Assembly: GCA_964291285.2 (NCBI GenBank)
Contig: OZ219787.1
Span: 640,001 to 704,000, forward strand
Source: Alphaproteobacteria bacterium
Lineage (GTDB): Bacteria > Pseudomonadota > Alphaproteobacteria > Bin95
Reading direction: 5' to 3'
DNA length: 64,000 bases
The notes under the pieces were generated by a model. That model was not told the DNA's origin. It searched no databases and saw nothing but the letters and a program-made list of their open reading frames with translations. The first letter of the stretch is position 1. Each line of letters opens with the position of its first letter. A program made the position numbers and the translations under genes. Positions 37,876-46,104 of this stretch are shown piece after piece.

Positions 37876-39525
37876 TCAGGCGGCCAGAAGGCGTTCCGCC
37901 AATTCTCGGGCCTCGTCGAGTTCGCGGACAATCCGGCCTTCGGGAACACGACGCAACACATCGAATGCTTCCAGGATGACCCTGACTTCCCCGGACATGC
38001 CCATGATGATCGTTTCCGTATCCTCCTTGCCGGCGCGTTCCATGAGAAGCGCAACCACATGCGCGGCGCTGTCGTCGATATGAGTCACGCGCGAGAGGTC
38101 GAAGATGACGACTTCGTGTTCCCTGATATCGGCGCCGACCATCCGGACCAGCTTGCGGGATGAGGCGACGGTGAACGCGCCCCGGAACGCCAGAAGCCCG
38201 ACGCGGGCGTCAAAGGGGTCGGCATCCGCCTCTTCGCCGTCGGCCGCGAGAAAGGTCCGGTCCAGCAGGGGCACCGAAATCACGCTGTCCAGCTCCATCC
38301 TCTCGAGCCGCGACGCATGGACGATGCCGGCCGCCACCAGTCCGAACGCGATTGCCGTCAGGGGCCCGGCGAACACCGCCAGGACGAACGTCAGCACCAT
38401 CACCACCGCATAGCCGCGAGGCATTCGACGGAGGCTCCGGACAAACCGCCAGTCGATAAGCTCCCAGCCTATCTTCAGGAGGATGACAGAGAGCGCGGCA
38501 AGGGGGATCGGCTCGGCAAACCGTCCGAGACCGAGCAGCAGCGCAAGAAGGCACGCCGCGCGCACGATGCCGGCCATGACGGTACGGCCGCCGAGATTCA
38601 GGTTGATGAGGGTGCCCGGATTGGCGGCGCCGGGCATGGCTCCGAGTACGCCCGCAGCCATGTTGCCGATGCCCTGCCCCACCAACTCGCGGTTCGGATC
38701 GTGCTGCGCTCCGGTGATCGCGTCCGCGGTAAGCGACATCATCAGGCTGTAGATCGACGCGACCAGGGCGATCAGGAGGGCCGGCTCGACCGCAGACAGC
38801 AGGAAGTCGAGCGATGGCAGGCTCAGGACCGGAGCCGGAAGTCCGCTCGGCAGAGCGCCGAGCACGGCAATACCGTCCAGCAAGAAGACGCCGAGAGCGG
38901 TCGCGACGGCCATCGCTGCCAGCGGCCCCGGAGCCCACCTGTCCACAGCCCGCGGCCAGAACACCAGAACAGCCATGGTCGCGGCCGAAAGGATGACGGT
39001 TTCGGGATCCGCCAGGGAAACCGCCTCCGGCAGCGCCAGAAGCGTGTTGACCGCGCCCCGGGCAGGCAGGCCGGTTCCGAGAGCGGTCTGGATCTGGGAC
39101 AGGATCAGGATGACGCCGACGCCGGAAATGAAGCCGGACAGCACGACATGCGGCATGTAGGAGACGAAGCGCCCCACCCTGAACAGCCCGAACAGGATCT
39201 GGAATCCGCCCGCCATCGCGGCGATGAGGCCGATTTCGGCAAGGCTGGCCCCGCCCGTGGCGAGGACCACGGAAACCATGACGGCGATGGCCGCGCTCGG
39301 GCCGCTGGACTGGGCCTTGGTGCCGCCGAAAAGCGCCGCGAAGAAACCCACTATGACGACGCAATAGAGACCGGCCAGCGCCCCCATGCCGGACGCAACC
39401 CCCAGAGCCATGCCGCCGGGAACCCCGACTGCCAGCATGGTCACGCCGCTGCGGGCGTCGGCCCGGAATGTTCCCCAGGTGTAGGGTTCGGAGTCCGGTG
39501 ATCTCCAGCGGCCCAGCATCGGCAT
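37876..39525 (-). CDS. SulP family inorganic anion transporter with STAS domain
   Basis: GLY..IVGFFAALFGG...SGPS, NRELVGQGIGN, STAS-like DLSRVTHIDDSA. Confidence 0.92.
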   Translation of the reverse strand: MPMLGRWRSPDSEPYTWGTFRADARSGVTMLAVGVPGGMALGVASGMGALAGLYCVVIVGFFAALFGGTKAQSSGPSAAIAVMVSVVLATGGASLAEIGLIAAMAGGFQILFGLFRVGRFVSYMPHVVLSGFISGVGVILILSQIQTALGTGLPARGAVNTLLALPEAVSLADPETVILSAATMAVLVFWPRAVDRWAPGPLAAMAVATALGVFLLDGIAVLGALPSGLPAPVLSLPSLDFLLSAVEPALLIALVASIYSLMMSLTADAITGAQHDPNRELVGQGIGNMAAGVLGAMPGAANPGTLINLNLGGRTVMAGIVRAACLLALLLGLGRFAEPIPLAALSVILLKIGWELIDWRFVRSLRRMPRGYAVVMVLTFVLAVFAGPLTAIAFGLVAAGIVHASRLERMELDSVISVPLLDRTFLAADGEEADADPFDARVGLLAFRGAFTVASSRKLVRMVGADIREHEVVIFDLSRVTHIDDSAAHVVALLMERAGKEDTETIIMGMSGEVRVILEAFDVLRRVPEGRIVRELDEARELAERLLAA

Positions 39526-39560
39526 CCCCTGGCAGGGCGGTCGAGACGGCTCCCGCTGCC

Positions 39561-40298
39561 CTAGCCGCGCCCGATGAACGGCATGCCGTTCGCCATCACG
39601 GTCAGGAACGGCACATTGGCGTCCGGCGAGAGGCCCGCCATGTAGAGCACAGCGTCGGCCACATGGCGCACGTCCATCACCGGCTCGACCTTCGTGGAAC
39701 CGTCAGGCTGCAGCACGCCCTTTTTCATCCGCTGCGTCATAGGGGTCTCGGCATTGCCGATATCGATCTGGCCGCAGGTGATGCCGCAGGCCCGCCCGTC
39801 GAGGATGGTCGAGCGCGTGAGCCCGGTGACACCGTGCTTGGTCGCAGTGTAGGGCGCCGAGTTGGGGCGCGGCACATGGGCCGAGATCGACCCGTTGTTG
39901 ATGATCCGCCCGCCGGAGGGGTCCTGCGCCTTCATCACCCGGAAGGCTTCCCTCGTGCACAGGAAACTGCCGGTGAGGTTTGCGTCCACCACCGCCTGCC
40001 ACTGCGCGAGCGTCAGCTCCTCCAGCGGCACCGGAGGCGCGCCCGAGCCTGCATTGTTGAACAGGAGATCGACACGGCCGAACCGGGCAACCACCGCCTC
40101 GAACAGCGCTTTCACCTGCGCCTCGTCGCCGACATCGGTCGATTGCACCAGCGTGCGCTCCGGCCAGCGCCGGGCGACCTCCTCCAGCGGCTCCGCGCGC
40201 CGCCCGGCGAGCGCCACCTCATAGCCTGCACCCAGGAGCGCCTCCGAAGCGGCCTGCCCGACGCCCGTCCCGGCGCCGGTAACTATTGCAACCGGCAT
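39561..40298 (-). CDS. SDR family oxidoreductase
   Basis: [14 protein letters not shown], catalytic YTATK. Confidence 0.95.
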   Translation of the reverse strand: MPVAIVTGAGTGVGQAASEALLGAGYEVALAGRRAEPLEEVARRWPERTLVQSTDVGDEAQVKALFEAVVARFGRVDLLFNNAGSGAPPVPLEELTLAQWQAVVDANLTGSFLCTREAFRVMKAQDPSGGRIINNGSISAHVPRPNSAPYTATKHGVTGLTRSTILDGRACGITCGQIDIGNAETPMTQRMKKGVLQPDGSTKVEPVMDVRHVADAVLYMAGLSPDANVPFLTVMANGMPFIGRG

Positions 40299-40407
40299 CG
40301 CGCTTTCCTCTCCCTCCTCGTCGAGCGGGGCACTCTAGAGCCTTTCTGCGCCGCACGGAAACGGTCTAGGCTAAGGGCCTGCACGGCATGACGGAGGCAG
40401 CGACCAG

Positions 40408-41298
40408 ATGAGTTCCGAGCAATTGGCGGCCCTGAAGGCCCTGCTTCGGGAACGCGGCAAACCGGAGAACCCGACAGTGCCCGAAATGCGCGCGCGCATC
40501 GCGGAAGTGGGCGAGCGGTTCCCCGCGCCGACGGAAGCGGAGGTAGCGCCGGTGACCGTCGCCGGCCGCTATGCGGAATGGATTGCCGCACCCGGCTGCT
40601 TCGCGGACCGCGCCGTGCTCTACCTGCATGGTGGCGGCTATGTCATCGGCTCCTGCGATTCGCACCGCAACCTGGCCTACAACATTGCCGCGGCGTCGAA
40701 AGCGAAAGTCCTGCTCCTCGACTACCGCCTCGCGCCGGAATCGCCCTTTCCCGCGGCGGTGGACGACGCGGTCGCCGCCTATTGCTGGCTGCTCGACGAG
40801 GGCTTTGCGCCAAGCCGGCTCTCGATAGCGGGCGACTCGGCGGGCGGCGGGCTCACCGTCGCTGCGCTCGTCGCATTGCGCTATCGCGGCCAGCCGATGC
40901 CGGCGGCGGGGCTGTGCCTGTCGCCCTGGGTGGATATGGAAGGCGTCGGCGCCTCGATGACGGCCAAGGAAGACGAGGACCCGACCCTGAACCACGAGGC
41001 GCTGCTCTGGTTCTCCGAGCGCTATCTTGCGGGCGCCGATCCGCGCGCGCCGCTCGCTGCGCCGATCTACGCCGACCTCGCGGGCCTGCCGCCGCTGCTG
41101 GTCTAGGTGGGCACCGCCGAAGTGCTGCTCGACGACTCGCTCCGGCTCGCCGAGCGCGCCCGCGCGGCGGGCGTCGATGTCAGCCTCGATGTCGCTCATG
41201 ACATGATGCATGTCTGGCACCTGTTCGAGCCGGTGCTGGACGAAGCGGGCGAGGCGATTGCCCGCGCCGGGGCCTTCCTGCGCGGGCGCATGCGGTGA
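40408..41298 (+). pseudogene. Alpha/beta hydrolase (HSL-family esterase) interrupted by an in-frame TAG
   Basis: HGGGY and GDSAGG precede TAG at 41104-41106 in LPPLLV*VGTAEVLLDD. The same frame continues to MMHVW and TGA at 41298. Confidence 0.88.
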
Positions 41299-43547
41299 TC
41301 GGGGAAAGCCTCCCGCGCCTTGAAGATGCGGCGCTGCTGACCGGCCGGGGCCGCTTCATCGACGATATAGACCTTGCCGGCCAGGCATGGGTGCGTTTCC
41401 TGCGCTCGCCCCACGCCCATGCCGACATCCTCGGCGTGGACGACGGCGAGGCGCTGAAGGCGCCGGGCGCGATCGCCCTGCTGCGCGACGGCCTGGAAAC
41501 CGGGCCGCTCGACAACCGCTCGCCGGTACGACGGCGCGACGGCGCGCCGCTGGCACCGCCGCCCTTCCCCGCGTTCGCGCGGGATCGGGTGCGCTATGCG
41601 GGCGAGATCGTCGCCATGGCGGTGGCGGAGACGGCGGCGGCGGCGCGCGACATGGCGGAAGCCGTCGCCGTGGATTACCGCCCGCTGGACGCGGCCGAAA
41701 CCGAAGAACTGTTCGAGTGGGAGAGGGGCGACGCCGCGGAGGTCGAGGCGCTGTTCACGGGCGCCGCGCACCGGGTCGGCATAAGCCTTGCGAACAACAG
41801 GATCAGCGCGGCGCCGCTGGAAACGCGGGGCGCGCTTGCCGAGTGGGACCCGCGGGACGGGCGCTACACGCTCATTGCGCCGACCCAGGGGCCGGGCCAG
41901 GTGCAGGAGGCGCTGGCGAAGGCGCTCGGCGCGGCGCGCGCCGACGTGCGCGTCATCACGCCCGATGTCGGCGGCGGCTTCGGCATGAAGAACGGCATCT
42001 TCGCCGAGCAGGTCCTGCTCGCCCAGGCAGCCCGGCTGCTCGGGCGGCCGCTGAAATGGATCGACGATCGCACCGAGGCTTTCCTCTCCGACTACCATGC
42101 CCGCGACCACGACACGGTGGCCGAGCTTGCGCTGGATGCCGAAGGGACTTTCCTTGCCATCCGCACCTCGACCCGGTCCGACCTCGGCGCCTATGCCACG
42201 GGCGCCGGGCCGATCATCCCGACCGACGGCGGCTCGCGGATGCTCGCCAATGTGTACCGCATCCCGGCGGTCCATGCCGAAACGGTCTGCCGCCTCAGCC
42301 ACACGACCCCGATCACGGCCTATCGCGGGGCAGGCAAGCCGGAATACGGCTATATCGTCGAGCGCCTTGTGGACGAGGCGGCGCGCCGGTTGGCCATCGA
42401 CCCGGCGGAGCTCCGCCGGCGCAACATGATCCGCCCCGAGGAGATGCCCTGGCGCACGCCGACAGGCCTCGTCTATGACAGCGGCGATTTCGCCGGCAAT
42501 CTCGACGCCGCGCTGGAACTGGCGGACCGCGCGGGCTTTGCCGGGAGGCAGCGCGCAAGCGAGGCCGCCGGGAAGCTGCGCGGCTTCGGCTTCGCCTCCT
42601 ATACGGAACCCGATGGCTACAAGGACGGGCGCGTGACGATGCGCTTCGACGAGGAGGGTCTGCTCACCGTCACGCTCACCGCCGCCAGCAACGGGCAGGG
42701 CTTCGCGACCACCTTCTCGCAGATCGCGGCGGCGCAATTGGGCCTGCCGGTCGATGCCGTTCGGGTGCTGACCGGCGACAGCGACATCGTCGGCCGCGGC
42801 AGCGGGGCGGGCGGCTCGCGCGTCACCACGGTGGCGGGCGCGGCGATGGTGCGGGCGAGCGAGCGCATCGTGGAGAAGGGCCGGCGCATCGCCGCCGCCA
42901 TGCTGGAGGCGAGCGAGGACGATATCGCCTTCGGGCAGGGCGCCTTCGAGGTCGTCGGCACGGACCGGCGGGTCGGGCTCAGGGAAGTGGCGGGGGCCAG
43001 CTTCAACCCGGCGTTCCTCGGTGAGGATATGGATATGGGGCTCGACGCCGCCGGCCATTTCAATGCCCGCACCTACAGCTTCCCGAACGGGACCCATGTC
43101 GCCGAGGTCGAGATCGACCCCGAAACCGGTCGGGTCTCGCTGGAGCGCTACAGCCTGGTCAACGATGCCGGCGTCGTCGTCAATCCGATGCTGCTGGAAG
43201 GCCAGTTGCACGGCGGCATCGCGCAAGGCGTCGGCCAGGCCCTGATGGAGCACATGGTTTACGAGCCGGAAACGGGCCAGCCCCTCTCCGGCTCTTTCAT
43301 GGACTACGCCATGCCGCGCGCAGCCGACATTCCGTCCTTCGCGCTGGAGCGGAGCCGGACGCCCTGCCTGACCAACCCGCTCGGAGTGAAGGGCGTCGGC
43401 GAAAGCGGCACCACGGCCGCCCTGCCGGCGGCGATGAACGCGGTGGCGGATGCGCTCGCCTCGGCCGGGGCCGCCTGCGTCCAGATGCCTGCCACGCCGG
43501 AGCGGGTCTGGCGCGCCCTCAGGGACCGGGCGCAGGAGATGGGATAG
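41295..43547 (+). CDS. Xanthine dehydrogenase / CoxL-family molybdopterin-binding large subunit
   Basis: RLEDAALLTGRGRFIDD, DVGGGFGMK, AYRGAGKPE, GQLHGGIAQGVG, GVKGVGESG. Confidence 0.94.
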   Translation: MIGESLPRLEDAALLTGRGRFIDDIDLAGQAWVRFLRSPHAHADILGVDDGEALKAPGAIALLRDGLETGPLDNRSPVRRRDGAPLAPPPFPAFARDRVRYAGEIVAMAVAETAAAARDMAEAVAVDYRPLDAAETEELFEWERGDAAEVEALFTGAAHRVGISLANNRISAAPLETRGALAEWDPRDGRYTLIAPTQGPGQVQEALAKALGAARADVRVITPDVGGGFGMKNGIFAEQVLLAQAARLLGRPLKWIDDRTEAFLSDYHARDHDTVAELALDAEGTFLAIRTSTRSDLGAYATGAGPIIPTDGGSRMLANVYRIPAVHAETVCRLSHTTPITAYRGAGKPEYGYIVERLVDEAARRLAIDPAELRRRNMIRPEEMPWRTPTGLVYDSGDFAGNLDAALELADRAGFAGRQRASEAAGKLRGFGFASYTEPDGYKDGRVTMRFDEEGLLTVTLTAASNGQGFATTFSQIAAAQLGLPVDAVRVLTGDSDIVGRGSGAGGSRVTTVAGAAMVRASERIVEKGRRIAAAMLEASEDDIAFGQGAFEVVGTDRRVGLREVAGASFNPAFLGEDMDMGLDAAGHFNARTYSFPNGTHVAEVEIDPETGRVSLERYSLVNDAGVVVNPMLLEGQLHGGIAQGVGQALMEHMVYEPETGQPLSGSFMDYAMPRAADIPSFALERSRTPCLTNPLGVKGVGESGTTAALPAAMNAVADALASAGAACVQMPATPERVWRALRDRAQEMG

Positions 43548-43612
43548 CGGTCCGGAACGGGCGGCCCCGTGGCCTGGCTCCGACGAAGGCGCTCCGAACA
43601 CCCCTCGCGATG

Positions 43613-43640
43613 TGTCATGAGATGTCATGAGATGTCATGA
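43613..43640 (-). repeat. Three TGTCATG (CATGACA) heptamers at 10-bp period
   Basis: TGTCATGAGA x2 + TGTCATGA at 43613, 43623, 43633. Confidence 0.9.
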
Positions 43641-43800
43641 TCCGCATGCGGGCGGCGCATATCCTGTGGTCCTTTCGGGCATGAGGCCGTTTCGCCGGAG
43701 CTGTGTTCGTCTGCATCCCCAATGTCGTTCCTCCACCGCGTTTCGTTCCGATTCGTTCCGTTCTCCCGCCGACCGGCCTGCCCGAGTGGCGGGACCCTAA

Positions 43801-45814
43801 CCCGACTTCCGCAACTCGGCTTGAGAATCGACTGATTTGACGGTTTTCCGGCGCGAGAAGTGTCGGATTTCGGTGCAGTACCTCTCGGGACCGGCTTGTA
43901 GTGCCGACCTACCCCCTTGATCGGGCTGGCGAAGATCCGGACGCTGCGCTGATGTTCGTGCGCTGCAAGAGACGCTTCAAGGACGGCAAGGAGCACCGCT
44001 ACTGGAGCGTTGTGGAGAACGTCCGGGTCCACGGCGGTCGGGTTGTTCAGCGTCAGGTGCTCTATCTCGGGGAGATCAACGACAGCCAGCGAGCGGCGTG
44101 GTGCCGCTCGATCGAGGTGGTGGAGGGCAAGTCGCGATCACGGCAGATGGCGCTGTTTCCCGAGGACCGGGAGGCGCCGGCGCTGACTTGCGAAGTGGTG
44201 AAGATCGACCTCTCGCAGGTGGCGCTTCACGACCCGCGCCAGTGGGGGGCGTGCTGGCTGGCGCTGTCCTTGTGGGACCGCCTGGACCTGGACCGCTTCT
44301 GGGAAGAGCGGCTGCCGGCGAGCCGGCAAGGCACGCGGTGGCTGGACATCCTGAAGATCCAGGTCTGCTACCGGCTGATCGACCCGGGCAGCGAGTGGCG
44401 CCTTCACCGTCACTGGTATGAGCACAGCGCGCTTCGCGATCTTCTGGGTGGCGAGCGGGCGATCGCCGACGACACACTCTATCGCTGTCTCGACAAGCTG
44501 CTGGCGCACAAGCAGGGCTTCTTCTCGTTTCTGCGCGACCGCTGGGCGACGCTGTTCGAGGCGCGCTTCGACGTGCTGCTCTACGACCTGACCTCGACCT
44601 ACTTCGAGAGCGATCCGCCGTTCGATGACAAGCGCCGCTTCGGCTACAGCCGGGACAAGCGGCCCGACTGCGTGCAGGTGGTGATCGCCCTGATCGTTAC
44701 GCCGCAGGGCTTTCCGCTGGCCTATGAGGTGATGCCGGGCAACACCTCCGACGACACCACGCTGGCGGCGTTCCTCAAGAAGATCGAGGATCAGTATGGC
44801 CGCTCCGAGCGGGTGTGGATCATGGACCGCGGCATCCCCACCGAGGAGACGCTGGCCGCGATGCGCGAGGGCGAGGCGCCGGTGCGCTACCTGGTGGGCA
44901 CGCCCAAGGGCCGGCTGACGCGGCTCGAGAAGGTGTTCCTGGGCCTGCCCTGGCAGGAGGTGCGCCAGTCCGTGACTGTCAAGCTTCTGGTCGAGGATGG
45001 CGAGCTCTACGTCCTGGTGCGCAGCGAGGGGCGGCAGGTGAAGGAACGCGGCATGCGCCGGCGCCGGCTGAAGAGGCTGTGGCGTCGATTGGCCGAGTTG
45101 CAAGGGCAGTCGAACAGCCGGGATCAGTTGTTGCTCAAGCTCGGCGCCGCCAGGAAGGAGGCCGGCCGGGCCTGGAGCCTGGTCGACATCACCGTGCCCG
45201 GGACCGACAGCGAACTCGCCGCCAACGGCTTCTCATTCCGCCTGCAGCGCGACCGGCTGCGCCAGGTCCGCCGCCGCGAGGGCCGTTACCTGCTGCGATC
45301 CAACATGGTCGCCGAAGACCCCGCCACGCTGTGGCATCTGTACATGCAGCTCGTCGAGATCGAGCAGGCGTTCAAGGAACTCAAGCACGACCTCGCGATC
45401 CGCCCCATCTTCCATCAGCGCCAAGAGCGCATCGAGGCGCATATCTTCGTCTCGTTCATCGCCTACTGCCTGCTGGTGACCCTGAAGAACCTCGCCCGGC
45501 CGCGCGCCCCGGGCCTCACCCCACGCGCCATCCTTGAGGCCTTCGCCACCATCCAGATGGTGGACGTCCATCTGCCAACCACCGACGGCCGGCACCTCGT
45601 CCTGCCGCGCCACACCCGGCCGAACAAGGAGCACGAGCTACTGCTGCAACAGCTCGGCATGACCTGGCCGCAGCAACCCGCACCCCGGATCTCCGCCTGA
45701 CGGCACACGGCGCCGCCTCTCCGTTCGCCGCCTTGTAGTGCCGACCCTCGGGGAGACGATCAAGGCTATTCAATGAGTTAGCATCCTCATGACCCCCGAG
45801 TTGCGGAAGTCGGG
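43801..45814 (+). mobile_element. IS1634-family insertion sequence, apparently intact
   Basis: Perfect 19-bp IRs CCCGACTTCCGCAACTCGG / CCGAGTTGCGGAAGTCGGG; flanking direct repeat CTAA at 43797-43800 and 45815-45818. Confidence 0.93.
43952..45700 (+). CDS. IS1634 family DDE transposase
   Basis: MFVRCKRRFKDGKEHRYWSVVEN, LLYDLTSTYFE, FGYSRDKRPD, WIMDRGIP, IEQAFKELK...RPIFHQ. Confidence 0.95.
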   Translation: MFVRCKRRFKDGKEHRYWSVVENVRVHGGRVVQRQVLYLGEINDSQRAAWCRSIEVVEGKSRSRQMALFPEDREAPALTCEVVKIDLSQVALHDPRQWGACWLALSLWDRLDLDRFWEERLPASRQGTRWLDILKIQVCYRLIDPGSEWRLHRHWYEHSALRDLLGGERAIADDTLYRCLDKLLAHKQGFFSFLRDRWATLFEARFDVLLYDLTSTYFESDPPFDDKRRFGYSRDKRPDCVQVVIALIVTPQGFPLAYEVMPGNTSDDTTLAAFLKKIEDQYGRSERVWIMDRGIPTEETLAAMREGEAPVRYLVGTPKGRLTRLEKVFLGLPWQEVRQSVTVKLLVEDGELYVLVRSEGRQVKERGMRRRRLKRLWRRLAELQGQSNSRDQLLLKLGAARKEAGRAWSLVDITVPGTDSELAANGFSFRLQRDRLRQVRRREGRYLLRSNMVAEDPATLWHLYMQLVEIEQAFKELKHDLAIRPIFHQRQERIEAHIFVSFIAYCLLVTLKNLARPRAPGLTPRAILEAFATIQMVDVHLPTTDGRHLVLPRHTRPNKEHELLLQQLGMTWPQQPAPRISA

Positions 45815-46026
45815 CTAATTCGCGCGTAATGTGCGCGCCCGCCCGCGCCTGCCCCCGCGCGCGTCTCGCGGCGGCGCGAATCGCGCGCCTGATTGCGCGC
45901 CCGCGCGCACGGGGCCCAAACGCAGGGCACACCTGTCCTGTCAGTTCCACAGAGGTCTTTGTTTCGCGCCGGCGCGACGCAGGAAATGAAGCAGCCCCGC
46001 GAATGCCGCTCCCCTCCTGCTGCCCT

Positions 46027-46090
46027 ATTCTAACACAATTTATCTCAGATCAAGTATCTAAGGAGAAATATTTCAAAAATAATGAACAGG
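46027..46090 (-). promoter_or_regulatory. AT-rich promoter-like block at the start of element copy 2
   Basis: Minus strand reads TTCA-N7-TGAA ... CTTGATC ... TGT-TAGAAT (extended -10-like), pointing into the element. Confidence 0.5.
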
Positions 46091-46104
46091 GAGAGATTAC
46101 GACA

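Larger units (their letters stand above)
43587..46090 (-). repeat. Copy 2 of the unnamed non-coding element (~490 bp), split by IS1634 into 43587-43800 and 45819-46090
   Basis: Reverse complement is collinear with copy 1: AT-rich block, TTCGCGGGGC hairpin, GCGCAATCAGGCGC, AGGGTCCCGCC, ACGGAACGAA, CATGCCCGAA, CATGACATCTCATGACACATCGC. Confidence 0.85.

Noticed and set aside
41104-41106. Genome-wide TAG reassignment or pyrrolysine
   Set aside because: TAG is the normal stop of several intact genes here (tig, GMC oxidoreductase, secB, lptE), and no pyl genes are seen.
41295-43547. Aerobic CO dehydrogenase (form I CoxL)
   Set aside because: It lacks the AYxCSFR motif and adjacent coxM/coxS genes.
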